Below, in pieces: positions 1 through 9,653 of a stretch of DNA of 64,000 bases. This DNA comes from Deltaproteobacteria bacterium (GTDB taxonomy: Bacteria > Bdellovibrionota > FAC87 > UBA2466). Numbering within the stretch: position 1 is the first letter of the stretch; every line of letters starts with the position of its first letter. Location: positions 2,468 through 66,467 of the forward strand of contig JACPWY010000007.1 of NCBI GenBank assembly GCA_016196825.1, given 5' to 3'. The notes beneath the pieces were generated by a model. The model was not told where the DNA came from, ran no database searches, and saw nothing but the letters and a program-made list of their open reading frames with translations. The position numbers were made by a program, and so were the translations under genes.

Positions 1-660
1 AGACCGAACAAAGATGTGTTGTTTCCGGACGAATCCTTGCGCCCCAAGTAGTTGAGGCCGGTCTGTAGGCCGCCATCCAAGAAAAGATCGTTGTAAGTGA
101 CGAGTCTCAAGTAGTGGGTCGGCAGAACGGGACCTTTGCCCTCGTCGTGCGTGTGCCCGAACGTCCAACCGTTGGTGATGCCGAGAGTGAGGTCGAGATA
201 AAATGGCGTTGGCCAGAGATAGCTGTACTCCGCGCCCGTATCATTCACCCCCTCCTCGTACAAAAATTGAGTCTGCACCTTCGGTGCCGAGGTGAAAGGC
301 CAGTCGTGGCGGTGAGTCTGATTGAGGCGCCCCACGCCGAGAAAGTATTGCCCTACCTTGAACCGTGAGCGAGGGATGAGCCTTGAGGATCCAATAGTAA
401 GCTCGTGAATTTCAAATTTGTATTCCCCGTCTTCATTGTGCGCTGCCAAGTTGAGAGCGCCGTCCCAGGTCTGGTCGATGGGAGCATACAGGACTACCTC
501 ACCTTCACGTGGGAGAAGGCGATTATCGGCCGTTCCGAGGAAATTACCGACGATATCACCAGCAACGGAGATCTGAAGACCGGTTCCGGCTGCCTCGGGC
601 CTCGCCGCCTGCGAGAAACAGACAAGCGAGAAGAGAATCAGCAGGGAGCGGTTTTTCAGC
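1..660 (-). CDS. Secreted / outer-membrane hypothetical protein, N-terminal part; the gene continues past the window start
   Basis: My own reverse translation from the ATG at 658-660 gives MLKNRSLLILFSLVCFSQAARPEA..., a cleavable signal peptide, and it reads open to position 1. It is not in the ORF table because it has no stop inside the window. The start sits 2 bp from the stop of the upstream lipoprotein gene. Confidence 0.5.
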
Positions 661-661
661 A

Positions 662-1285
662 TCAATTCTCCGAGAACTTGGCGGCGCTCGGCACCGCTTC
701 AGTGAGGCTCGCCTTGGTCAGCGAAACTCCCCAGAACGCACCAGCGCCTTGGCCGGGCGCTTCGAGTCCGGCGCCTTCTGAATTGAGAAGGGCTGTGGAA
801 TCCTCAAACGTTGTGTTCGTGCTCCAGACCAAGATGTGGGCCGGTGATTCGTCGTTGTGAACGTCAATCTGAAAGCCCAATTTGTCGGCGGCATTGAGAG
901 TCGCAAACTGCGCGGAAACATCGGTCGTTTTGTCGACCGCGAGGAGCTCGACCTTCAAGACAGCTCCGTTTCGGCTGAACTTCACCGACACGCCGCTTTG
1001 AAGTTTGTTAGTGCTATTGGCGATGAGACTCAAATCTCCTCCGTCCTGGAGAGTGAAGAATAGTCGGTAGCTATTCTTGGAGGCAGTTTCGCTCAAGGGG
1101 GTGTTAAAGACAATGCTGCCGGTGCCGGTCAGGTTGGCATCGCTTTTCGCGAGGTCACCTGGCGTCACAACGATGTATTTTTGGCCGCCGAGGGTTTCGG
1201 TCGCCGTATTTCCGGTGCGGCCGCTGCAGCCGAACAAGAGCGAAACGATAAAGAGAAGTGTGAGACGGGTTCCGATATTCATCAT
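662..1285 (-). CDS. Lipoprotein, unknown function
   Basis: MMNIGTRLTLLFIVSLLFGCSG has a lipobox (LFGC). No recognisable catalytic motif. The start was chosen at the internal Met preceding the signal peptide; the ORF extends to 1321. Confidence 0.5.
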   Translation of the reverse strand: MMNIGTRLTLLFIVSLLFGCSGRTGNTATETLGGQKYIVVTPGDLAKSDANLTGTGSIVFNTPLSETASKNSYRLFFTLQDGGDLSLIANSTNKLQSGVSVKFSRNGAVLKVELLAVDKTTDVSAQFATLNAADKLGFQIDVHNDESPAHILVWSTNTTFEDSTALLNSEGAGLEAPGQGAGAFWGVSLTKASLTEAVPSAAKFSEN

Positions 1286-1437
1286 AGTATTTTCCTTTTT
1301 GAGAGGCCGCGAACTTAGCACAAAAGTGCGAGCCTGAGAGCGAAAAAAAGACTCTTTGCGTCATCATGCGCGACGCCCGTCTTATGGATGGTTTTCAGCC
1401 CTAAGGGCTCAAGATCACTTGGGTATCCTTAGAGCTC

Positions 1438-1743
1438 TTAGTGCAGAGGAGCGGAACCGGTGTAGATCTGGTGCTTCGGGCGGCCGGCGAGGATCTGCTC
1501 CTTGCCCCAGTTGGTGACCTTGGCGAAGGACTCGGAACGGATGAAGGCGTCAAAGGCGGCCTTGTCATTCCATTCGGAGACGATCAAATAGGAGGTGGGC
1601 GCGGCCACATCCTTATAGAGATGGGAATCTGTGTGGCCGGGGGCGTCTTTGAGAGCCGCGATGACCTGCGCGAAGGCTCTTTCGAAGACCTCTTCCTTAC
1701 CGGCGAGGACGTTATAATTCATTCCAACTGTAACCATAAACAT
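1438..1743 (-). CDS. Antibiotic-biosynthesis-monooxygenase (ABM) family protein
   Basis: 101 aa. The ferredoxin-like ABM pattern is present: ...VLAGKEEVFERAFAQV...YLIVSEWNDKAAFDAFIRSESF.... Confidence 0.7.
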   Translation of the reverse strand: MFMVTVGMNYNVLAGKEEVFERAFAQVIAALKDAPGHTDSHLYKDVAAPTSYLIVSEWNDKAAFDAFIRSESFAKVTNWGKEQILAGRPKHQIYTGSAPLH

Positions 1744-1773
1744 CGTTGTACGACAGGACGGGGGTGGGGGGAA

Positions 1774-2559
1774 CTATTTTTTTTTGGCGGGATTCAGGAT
1801 CGGTGGGCCCTTGGGGGTGGGGGCACGCAAAGTCTCGGCGAGTACCTCTCTTAAGAATGAGGTCGTCTCATCGCTGCCGGGGCTGAAGAGAGCGAGCTCA
1901 ATCGCCCCTTTGATATCGGCGCTCTCGGGGTTGAACGGCGTGGCCAGCAGCGTATTCAACTCAACGCGCACGCGGCGCTTGCTGAAGCGCAGGCGCCGAT
2001 CAGAGAAGGACACGGCTAGGCCCTCGGGTTTGCCTTTGGGGTCCACGCGGCCCACCCCGGAACTGGCGAAAAAGGTGGATTTCAGCGCCTCTTCATCGGC
2101 GGTGTTGGAGGGCGTTTGGGGCGAACGGAATTGAACATAGAGCGCGTTGCGGGAACTTTGGTTGTCCTTAGTGGGAACGCGCAGCTGCGACTGGTTGCCT
2201 GAGACATCGGCGACGAGGAGGAACGAGCCAAATTGAGAGAGTTTGTCGCCGGGGTTGGCGTTGCCCAAGATTATCTGCAAGACCTGCTGGCCTTTGAATT
2301 GGTTTTGGTACGGGGCTGGGAGCAGCGTTGAATCGACCTCGAAGCCAATGGCGTATAGGCCCGTCGTTGCGCCAAAGCTCAGCTTTTCGGTGGTGGTTCC
2401 TCGTCGAAAACTGAGTTCGCCCAGGGAGGCGTTCTGCTTGAGGTTGAAGAGTTCGGTGAAGGCGGTGGAGTTGCTAGGGGGCGTAGCCCCGGTTGCCAAC
2501 GAAATGGCGAGCGACACGATAATGAAGGGTATTGGTGAAATGTGGTCTAGGGCTCGCAT
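1774..2559 (-). CDS. Secreted hypothetical protein
   Basis: There is a hydrophobic N-terminal signal peptide (MRALDHISPIPFIIVSLAISLATGA). No known motif. The start was trimmed so it does not overlap the ferredoxin gene. Confidence 0.45.
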   Translation of the reverse strand: MRALDHISPIPFIIVSLAISLATGATPPSNSTAFTELFNLKQNASLGELSFRRGTTTEKLSFGATTGLYAIGFEVDSTLLPAPYQNQFKGQQVLQIILGNANPGDKLSQFGSFLLVADVSGNQSQLRVPTKDNQSSRNALYVQFRSPQTPSNTADEEALKSTFFASSGVGRVDPKGKPEGLAVSFSDRRLRFSKRRVRVELNTLLATPFNPESADIKGAIELALFSPGSDETTSFLREVLAETLRAPTPKGPPILNPAKKK

Positions 2560-2561
2560 GA

Positions 2562-2864
2562 TCATTGGCCGGTGAGCGATTTCCAAACTTTGTCGAAGTC
2601 GTCCGCCTCCACCTCAGAATAGATTTCCGGGGCGGCTTCTCCGTCCCGGTAAAGCGCCACGACACAACCGACGTCATTGCAAAATCCGAGGCAGCCGGTG
2701 CGGGTGATCCAAAACTGAGAGCGAATCCCCTCCTGGATAAGCTTGTCTTTCGTTTTGGCGAAAAACTCGTGTCCGCCAACCTTTTTGCAGCAGGATTTTC
2801 CTTCGGGGCGCTCATTGGTGCAGACGTAAAGATGAGCCTCGGGGCGATCCGTGATCGGCTTCAT
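2562..2864 (-). CDS. Thioredoxin-like [2Fe-2S] ferredoxin
   Basis: The cysteine spacing is C-x10-C ... C-x3-C (VCTNERPEGKSCC ... GCLGFCNDVGC), as in NuoE/Fdx4-type ferredoxins. The stop overlaps the start of the neighbouring gene. Confidence 0.6.
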   Translation of the reverse strand: MKPITDRPEAHLYVCTNERPEGKSCCKKVGGHEFFAKTKDKLIQEGIRSQFWITRTGCLGFCNDVGCVVALYRDGEAAPEIYSEVEADDFDKVWKSLTGQ

Positions 2865-5800
2865 ACGCGTTCGACCTTTCCCTTCTGAAAGAGGAAATCA
2901 AGATAAAGGTTGGTGAGCTTTTCCTGGACCGTGTTCTGACGGAGCCGATCGTTTAGGTTCTGGAAATCGACGTGGTCGAGCGGCTGGTCCTGGTTGTAGC
3001 AGGAGAAGATGATCGTCTCTTCACCGGTCTTGGGATCAATGTGTTTTTGCAAGCACTGGGCACAGACCTCCTTCATCATGCATTGCATGGGGGAGTTGAT
3101 TGAACCGATCGCGACGTGGTCGAGCCGGAAATAGGGTTTGAGCACCTCGTGCCGCGCCTTTTGCACCGCCGCCATCATGCGGTCTGAGCCGATGGCGAGA
3201 ATGTGGGTGACCTCATTGAGGGAAAAGGGCGGGCTCTTCTGGAGCTTGCCCTGGCCATACTGTTCCATGGCCTGGACGATGTTGCCGATGAATCCGATGT
3301 CGTTGGGGCGGCGTGGGCTGATGGGGTCCCCCTTGTCGACGCTCCAGATCACCTGATCGGTGTGGGCCTCGATCTCGTTTTGCTTGAAGAGATCGTCCTT
3401 TCTCTTATAGCCGGCGAAATAGACAACTCGATTGTTCTTCTCCTTGAGGGCCTTTGCGATTGAGAGAAGAACGGCGTTGCCGAGGCCGCCGCCGGCCAGA
3501 AGGACCAATTCGTTTTGGGGGATATCGGACGGTGTGCCCGTGGGGCCCATGACGACGACTGGGTCGCCGGGCTTCAGCGTCGCGCAGAGGCGCGAGCTTG
3601 CTCCCATCTCTAGGACGATGACGCTTAGGAGATCGTTGGCTTTGTCCACCCAAGCGCCGGTGAGAGCCATGCCCTCCGTCATGAGCTTGGAGTTGCCGAT
3701 GCCGTGAGATTCGCTCTCGAAGTTTTGAAAACGATAAAACTGACCGGGCTGGAATTTTCGGGCAGCGTAACGTGCCTTCACCACGACCTCGACAATAGTG
3801 GGCGTGAGGCGAATCACCTTGACCACCTTCGGGACCAGAGTCTGGCCGAGGAAGTTGGCTAGGTTGATGAACTTCTCTGAGGGAGAGGCTTCCTTTTCAG
3901 CGTGGGCGATGTCGGATGTGAAAAGTTTGAAGACGTGGCGCGCGCCGTGTTTGGCGGAGGCCATCGCCTTTACCACATTGCCGGCATAGTTCGGGTGGTT
4001 GTCGCCATAGAACGAGACATATTTGCCCTGGTGAGTGTGTGAGAGGAAAAAGGCTTCGCGATCATCTCGGGCGGCGAGGGCGAGCTTCCGAGTGCCATCA
4101 GAGGCGATTTCGATCTTGAACTTTTTGAAGAACGTCTTTTTCTCGTCGAGCTCAAACGAACCCGGGTGTTCCTTTTCATAGATGGTGTTGGGCGAGGTGC
4201 CGGCCGCCACACAGAGTGTGCGGGCATTAAGCAGGAGCTTCTCGCCATTTCCGCGTTGGAATGTGACCTGGGCGAGAGCGCCGTACTTATCCGCGTGGGC
4301 CTCCACTGGGTTGCAGTTTTCGATAAATTGGATTCCTTCCTCGAGTGCCTTAGCCACCTCTTCGTGGTTGAGGCGGTAGGCCGGGGAGTCGATCATTCTC
4401 TTGCGGTAGACAAGCGAAACGCCGCCCCACTCGCGGCACAGCTTGATAAAGTTAGGCGAGCGGCCCTCTTTCTCGGCGAGTCGTCGCTCGTCCCGAATGC
4501 GCCGGCCGTGCTCAAGAAAGAGGTTGAGGTTCTCCTTCTCCTCGACATCGCAGAGGCGTGCGGCGAGGCCTTCACCGTATTCCTTAGTGAGGGTCTCAAA
4601 GCGCTCGAGAATCTTTTCGACCTGGACCGGGTAATAGGCCAAGAGCTCAGTCGCGGTGTCTATTGCTGTGAGTCCGCCGCCAATGACCACCGCCGGAAGG
4701 TGGACCTGAAGATTGGTAAGCGAATTGCGCTTGAATGCGCCGGTCAACTGGAGGCCCATGAGAAAATCGCTCGCCTTGCGGATGCCCCGCATGAGGTTGT
4801 TCTTAATGGAAACGATATTGGGCTTGCCGGCGCCTGTTGCAATGGCGATGTGATCAAATCCTAGCTCCCACGCGTCAGCCAGTTCTAGCGTGCCACCGAA
4901 TCGTACGCCGCCGAAGAACCGCAGGTGTTTTCGCCGGAGAAGCGAAAGGTAGATCACTGAGAGAAAATTCTTGTCCCAGCGGACGGTGATGCCGTACTCG
5001 GACACGCCGCCAAAGCCGGTGAGAATGCGTTCGTCGAGCTCCTTCTTGAGCTCGTTGAAATGTTGAATGGGCTTTGGGTATTCGCGATCAATGCCGGTCA
5101 GGGTCGAGTCTACGGGCTCGAGCTTGAGGCCATCGATCCCAACGACGCCAAAGCCTTCGTTGGCGAGGTAGTGGCTCAGCGTGTAGCCTGCGGGGCCGAG
5201 TCCGACGACGAGGACATTCTTGCCATTAAATGGGAGCGCATACGGCCGTTCGCGGTTGAGCGGATTAAAGCGCGTGAGCAACGAGTAGATCTCAAAGCCA
5301 TAGGGCATCGAGAGGACATCGGTTAGGACTGCAGTTTCATTTTGCGGGATATTGACCGGTTCCTGCTTCTGGAAGATGCAGCCCTTCATGCAATCATTGC
5401 AGATGCGATGGCCGGTGCCCGGGCACATCGGATTGTCGAGCATGATCATGGCGAGCGAGCCGATCACATCGCCTTGACGACGGAGTAGGTGCATCTCGGA
5501 AATTCTTTCATCGAGCGGGCAACCCTCGAGAGCAATGCCGAGAGGATTTTTCTTATAGCCACCGGCCTTTTCGACGAAGCCGGTGGAGCAGGAATCCTTC
5601 TGGCGCGGGTGACAGATGATGCAATAGTCGATCTCTCTGAGCACCTGCTTCGAATTCATGCGGTTGTCGGTGAGCTTGAATCCGTCGCGGCATCGCAGGG
5701 CGTGGTCGGGACCAATCATCTTTTCCGGAATCCTGGGATCGGGCTTCACCACTTCTACGAGGTTTTCGTACTCGATTTTGGCGGCGCGAACGAAGGAGGC

Positions 5801-6460
5801 CCAATTCTTCAGGGAGGCGCGGCGCTCGGGGTCGACCCAGAGCTGGACACACCAGTCTTCAAAAGACTGGAGAGAATTCTTGGCCTTCTCAGTGGGAGAG
5901 GATCCGGCGAGGTGAAGACACAGACTCTGGAGCCTTTGGTTTTCGAGTGTGTCGAGAGGTTTTTGGGCCTTGAGCTTGGTCTCACAATCCAGAATGAAGA
6001 GAACGGTCTGGGCGACGGTGAGCTCTTCATCGGATGGGTGCGGGGTTGAATCGTTCGAGAGGATCTTGCGGACCGTTTTATCGAGCTCCTTGAATTGCTG
6101 AGGCGAGATCGGTTGCTCCTCTAGACGCTTGAAGACGCGGATATTCAGGAAGTCTTTCTTGAAGCGGAAGACGGGGGCGAGGTCGAGGGTGGCCTTTTTG
6201 AGCTTGGCCTCATGGGTGGAGACATTGAACAGTCGCCCGATGAAATCGCCGAGAACCTTGGCGGTCTCGACGAGGACTTCGGACTCTTCGGGGCGAGCGA
6301 CCTTGCCAACGGTGTTGTCGTACTTGGCTCTGAGGCCGGCATTTTGGTCCCCGGCAAACTTCCAGAACTCGGTGTGAAGACCCTTGAGCTTTGAGGGCTC
6401 ATAGAGATCGGAAAACTTGAATTGGCCTATGCCGAGTGGGAAGTCCCTCACGTTGCTCAT
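2861..6460 (-). CDS. Multidomain flavo-iron-sulfur oxidoreductase: unknown about 300-aa N-domain, a GltD/NfnB-like FAD/NAD(P)H module with Cys-rich FeS region, and a PyrK/NfnA-like FAD plus [2Fe-2S] module
   Basis: Supporting motifs:
- Cys clusters CIICHPRQKDSC and CPGTGHRICNDCMKGC.
- Dinucleotide fold VLVVGLGPAGYTLSHYLANEGFGVVGID.
- GGVSEYGI and VVIGGGLTAIDTATE, as in the glutamate-synthase small chain.
- A C-terminal ferredoxin-reductase fold with CMMKEVCAQC...SCYNQD, the PyrK-type 2Fe-2S site. Confidence 0.65.
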   Translation of the reverse strand: MSNVRDFPLGIGQFKFSDLYEPSKLKGLHTEFWKFAGDQNAGLRAKYDNTVGKVARPEESEVLVETAKVLGDFIGRLFNVSTHEAKLKKATLDLAPVFRFKKDFLNIRVFKRLEEQPISPQQFKELDKTVRKILSNDSTPHPSDEELTVAQTVLFILDCETKLKAQKPLDTLENQRLQSLCLHLAGSSPTEKAKNSLQSFEDWCVQLWVDPERRASLKNWASFVRAAKIEYENLVEVVKPDPRIPEKMIGPDHALRCRDGFKLTDNRMNSKQVLREIDYCIICHPRQKDSCSTGFVEKAGGYKKNPLGIALEGCPLDERISEMHLLRRQGDVIGSLAMIMLDNPMCPGTGHRICNDCMKGCIFQKQEPVNIPQNETAVLTDVLSMPYGFEIYSLLTRFNPLNRERPYALPFNGKNVLVVGLGPAGYTLSHYLANEGFGVVGIDGLKLEPVDSTLTGIDREYPKPIQHFNELKKELDERILTGFGGVSEYGITVRWDKNFLSVIYLSLLRRKHLRFFGGVRFGGTLELADAWELGFDHIAIATGAGKPNIVSIKNNLMRGIRKASDFLMGLQLTGAFKRNSLTNLQVHLPAVVIGGGLTAIDTATELLAYYPVQVEKILERFETLTKEYGEGLAARLCDVEEKENLNLFLEHGRRIRDERRLAEKEGRSPNFIKLCREWGGVSLVYRKRMIDSPAYRLNHEEVAKALEEGIQFIENCNPVEAHADKYGALAQVTFQRGNGEKLLLNARTLCVAAGTSPNTIYEKEHPGSFELDEKKTFFKKFKIEIASDGTRKLALAARDDREAFFLSHTHQGKYVSFYGDNHPNYAGNVVKAMASAKHGARHVFKLFTSDIAHAEKEASPSEKFINLANFLGQTLVPKVVKVIRLTPTIVEVVVKARYAARKFQPGQFYRFQNFESESHGIGNSKLMTEGMALTGAWVDKANDLLSVIVLEMGASSRLCATLKPGDPVVVMGPTGTPSDIPQNELVLLAGGGLGNAVLLSIAKALKEKNNRVVYFAGYKRKDDLFKQNEIEAHTDQVIWSVDKGDPISPRRPNDIGFIGNIVQAMEQYGQGKLQKSPPFSLNEVTHILAIGSDRMMAAVQKARHEVLKPYFRLDHVAIGSINSPMQCMMKEVCAQCLQKHIDPKTGEETIIFSCYNQDQPLDHVDFQNLNDRLRQNTVQEKLTNLYLDFLFQKGKVERV

Positions 6461-6497
6461 ACAATTCTTGTTTTAATAACGGTAAGTTGTCTCAAAC

Positions 6498-6791
6498 TCA
6501 ACTTTTCCGGTTCATTTTCGAGCCAAACTTTTTCAATTGGTGCGAGGCTTTTTCCAGAGACTGAGAAAGTTTGTCCGCCCCCTTCGCGGCCATTTTCGCG
6601 GCCTGGGCCGCTGTCTCGACTCCTTTGGAGGTCACTTCCAGGCCCGAGGTCAGCGTGTCCTTGTTGAGCACTCGGTTGGCCAACTTGGACGACTGGCTGA
6701 TCACCTCTTTGGATACCTTCATTGATGTGCTCACGGCGGACCGGACATCCGAGACCGCTTTCAGAAGTTTATCGAGCTTTTTCTCAGACAT
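6498..6791 (-). CDS. Small Lys/Ser-rich coiled-coil protein (phasin-like), unknown function
   Basis: 97 aa, low complexity, predicted helical. It lies 3 bp downstream of the YD-repeat gene on the same strand. Confidence 0.4.
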   Translation of the reverse strand: MSEKKLDKLLKAVSDVRSAVSTSMKVSKEVISQSSKLANRVLNKDTLTSGLEVTSKGVETAAQAAKMAAKGADKLSQSLEKASHQLKKFGSKMNRKS

Positions 6792-6794
6792 GAA

Positions 6795-8519
6795 TCACCC
6801 CATGGGCAACGGTACGCCCGCTGGTCGAATGATATTGAGTAGATTTTGAAACCCAGACATGACGGCGCGAATAATCTCTTGTGGCGTTTTCTGCGCGGAG
6901 GCATGGCCCGCGATCTTCGGCAGGAGAGTTTGCGTGGAGACGATACGTCCCGTGGGATCGTAGGCGATGCGAATCGTTCCGACCCCTTTTTCATCGATAA
7001 GAATCGGCTTCCCCTGGTTTCCATAGCGAAAGCTCAGGCGTGAGCCATTGGGCGAGGTCATTTCCGTGATGCGGCCAAAGCGGTCATAGTTGAGGGCGAC
7101 CGATTCGTTTTTTGAATTCGAGGCCTGGATTACATTGCCGCGCTTATCGTACCGGAAGGTGGAGATGATGCCATTTTGACTGAGGCGGGTGATCTTGTTG
7201 AAGCGCGGATCGTATTCGAATTTGAGGCTTTCGGAGGGGCTTGTTTTCTCCATAAGCATTCCGTTCGGAAAGTACTTGTAATCGGTGGTTACGCCGCCGG
7301 CGACGATCTGAAGGGGTTTGCCGCCGCTCAGGCCGTAGATGGTGACGGTGCTCTTGCCATTCTTCTTGGTTTCTAGGCGATAGAGATAGCGGGTGCCACT
7401 GGGCTCGGTGCGGATGGTGTAGTCGTCGATCTGCTCGTCGGTTTTTCCGTCAGCGAATTGGGTCACGTACTTAGTCCAGAAATGGTCACGAGGATCGGTC
7501 GCGCTCCGACCGTAACTATACTGGGTTTCCGCTCCGTCCTTTTCGCGGCTGAATGTGATGAGACCGTTCTCATCATATTTCATTTCGCGGGTGACCTTCT
7601 TTGCGTCGGTGGATTCGGTGAGGTAGTCGATTCCGGTGATGAGGTGAGGGTGCCGAGGGCTTTCGTATCGATAGGAAAAGGCTTGGTTCGTGGAATCGGT
7701 GACCTTGGTGAGATTTCCTTGCTGGTCGTACGTATAGGCCGTTCGGAGATTCCGATTGTCGACGGCCTCGATGATACGGTTCTTCCGCCAAGTGAAGCGG
7801 ATCGATACGCTCCTGTCCTCGCTCTGGAGCTGAACTATTTGGCTCTTCTCCTGAGTAGAATAGGTGAACAGCAACGTGAAGCCGTTCTTATCGGTCTGGC
7901 GGGCGATCCGACCGTTTTTGTCGTAGGCCTGGGAGAGCCCGTCGTATTTGCGGATCCAATAGTTATTTCTGTATTCCATGGTTTGCAGGCCGAATTCCGA
8001 CGAGATCAGGACCTCACCGCGGGGAAGCGGGCTTGTGATGTGAAACTGAGCGGCTGCGTCGGCACGGTATTTTGGCTCATTCGCGAGGCGAACCTCCATC
8101 GAGGGTGGAAGCGAAAGCTTGTTCACCTCGGCGTCGGACAGTTTTCGGCCGAGGCGGTCTTGGAAAAAGGCGCGCTTGAGATCGTGCATGAACCGCGCTT
8201 TGACCGCGGGACTCTCTTTCGCGCTGGCGAAGGTCAGTGTGTTTCCGGAGAATCCGTCGCGCAGAAGAATCTTACGATCGCCGGTGAGCGTGATGACCGA
8301 TTCCATAAGGCTCGTCCAGCCCCAGCCGAAGGCGCCGTTCCACCCATTGGTTTCAAAGACAGCGGTGATGGAATTGTAGGAGCGGGCGAGCTCGACCGGC
8401 AGCACGGGACCGGGAATGCTGAAATCCACATAGAGTAAATTCATGCTGCCGTTGAGTCGGTTGACGTTAAGCGCCAGCAGACTTGTCGACGCAATGAATA
8501 AGATGAGCGCGGTTTTCAT
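6795..8519 (-). CDS. Secreted YD-repeat (RHS-repeat) protein without recognisable C-terminal toxin
   Basis: Signal peptide MKTALILFIASTSLLA. Repeated YD motifs include YDKNGRIARQTDKNGFTLLFTY, YTYDQQGNLTKV, FRYDKRGNVIQ, YDRFGRITEM and YDPTGRIVST. Confidence 0.75.
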   Translation of the reverse strand: MKTALILFIASTSLLALNVNRLNGSMNLLYVDFSIPGPVLPVELARSYNSITAVFETNGWNGAFGWGWTSLMESVITLTGDRKILLRDGFSGNTLTFASAKESPAVKARFMHDLKRAFFQDRLGRKLSDAEVNKLSLPPSMEVRLANEPKYRADAAAQFHITSPLPRGEVLISSEFGLQTMEYRNNYWIRKYDGLSQAYDKNGRIARQTDKNGFTLLFTYSTQEKSQIVQLQSEDRSVSIRFTWRKNRIIEAVDNRNLRTAYTYDQQGNLTKVTDSTNQAFSYRYESPRHPHLITGIDYLTESTDAKKVTREMKYDENGLITFSREKDGAETQYSYGRSATDPRDHFWTKYVTQFADGKTDEQIDDYTIRTEPSGTRYLYRLETKKNGKSTVTIYGLSGGKPLQIVAGGVTTDYKYFPNGMLMEKTSPSESLKFEYDPRFNKITRLSQNGIISTFRYDKRGNVIQASNSKNESVALNYDRFGRITEMTSPNGSRLSFRYGNQGKPILIDEKGVGTIRIAYDPTGRIVSTQTLLPKIAGHASAQKTPQEIIRAVMSGFQNLLNIIRPAGVPLPMG

Positions 8520-8555
8520 GAACTCTTATTATACTAATGATGGAAATCGGAAGAA

Positions 8556-9653
8556 ATGAAAGGAACGCTGATGAAGCGACTTGTCACGATCCTCTCTCTT
8601 GCCATTATGGCTGGTTTTTTCACTGAGTTAGCCGCGAGAATCGGGGTGACGATTTCACTGGGTTGGAGCGCTGTGTCAACGAAGTTGATGCGCCACCCCG
8701 AGGAACTTTGGTTTTCCTATTATCCGGAATTGCGTCGCATCTTGGCGGCTCCTGGAGAGGCCGCGCCGCGGGTGCTCTTGGTTGGGGCGTCTGTGATCGC
8801 GGGTGGCCGGGGCTATGGCTCAGTGGTTGATCGCCTTCGGGAGGAGGGACGGCGAGCGGGAGTGGAGATTTCCATCGCGAATGCTGGGGTCCCAGCTCAC
8901 ACATCGGTGGATGCGCTGTTCAAATATCGACTGTTGGGGGAGCGGCGTTTTGATCTCGTCATCTGGTCGGAAGGGTTCAATGAAGTGCGGGCGAATAATT
9001 GCCCCGATGGGGATTTTCGGAGCGATTATTCCCACTACAGTTGGTATCGACGATTGCGGGTCCTTGAGCGGCACCCGGAGTTGAAGTTTATAGCCCTGCC
9101 ATATGTGGTGGACAGCCTTGTGGAGGAGGCGCGTCACCTTCTGAGCGGGCACCGGGATCTGCCTCGGCATGCGCCGGTTGCGGAGTATCATCGATATGGG
9201 GAGAAGGTGAAGACGACTCTTTCGCTCGAGAAAAACCTGGAGGCGTTCTTGGGGGTTGCCCGACAGCGCGGGGAGGCGGTCGTGGTGGTGACCCAGCCGT
9301 TTTTTATTCCGCCGGACTATTCGCTGGAGAGGTTTCAAGGGCGGGCACTCGATTACAACAGCCATGTCTTGCCGGTGGAGCTCTGGGGTTCGGTCGAAGG
9401 GGTGCGAGCAGGGGCCGAGGCGCACAACGAAGCGATCCGGCGGGTGGCCGCCCGGGCGCGGGAGCGGGGCCAGGACGTGAAACTGATCGACTTGGCCACT
9501 CTTCTCACGGGGGGCCGAAAGTATTTCAATGATGTCTGCCACCTCACCGACGAGGGATCGCGTGTTTTTGCTCGGCAGATTCTCAATGCATGGGAGCGAG
9601 CGCGCCTTGCACGCGAAAGATCATCTCCCGTTCAAAAAGCCCCTCATTCCTGA
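8556..9653 (+). CDS. SGNH/GDSL-family hydrolase (esterase/acylhydrolase)
   Basis: N-terminal signal/TM segment. A block-I-like LLVGASVI, and a C-terminal DVCHLTDEG that matches the SGNH catalytic DxxH block. The 3' end overlaps the convergent gene by about 70 bp. Confidence 0.6.
   Translation: MKGTLMKRLVTILSLAIMAGFFTELAARIGVTISLGWSAVSTKLMRHPEELWFSYYPELRRILAAPGEAAPRVLLVGASVIAGGRGYGSVVDRLREEGRRAGVEISIANAGVPAHTSVDALFKYRLLGERRFDLVIWSEGFNEVRANNCPDGDFRSDYSHYSWYRRLRVLERHPELKFIALPYVVDSLVEEARHLLSGHRDLPRHAPVAEYHRYGEKVKTTLSLEKNLEAFLGVARQRGEAVVVVTQPFFIPPDYSLERFQGRALDYNSHVLPVELWGSVEGVRAGAEAHNEAIRRVAARARERGQDVKLIDLATLLTGGRKYFNDVCHLTDEGSRVFARQILNAWERARLARERSSPVQKAPHS

Noticed and set aside
4166-6049. 232-aa and 186-aa plus-strand ORFs
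   Set aside because: They are antisense to the 1199-aa oxidoreductase gene.
7458-8438. 326-aa plus-strand ORF
   Set aside because: It is antisense to the YD-repeat protein gene.
6795-8519. RHS polymorphic toxin
   Set aside because: The YD repeats are present, but there is no RHS core/PxxxxDPxGL boundary and no C-terminal toxin.
8820-9542. 240-aa minus-strand ORF
   Set aside because: It is antisense to the SGNH hydrolase gene.
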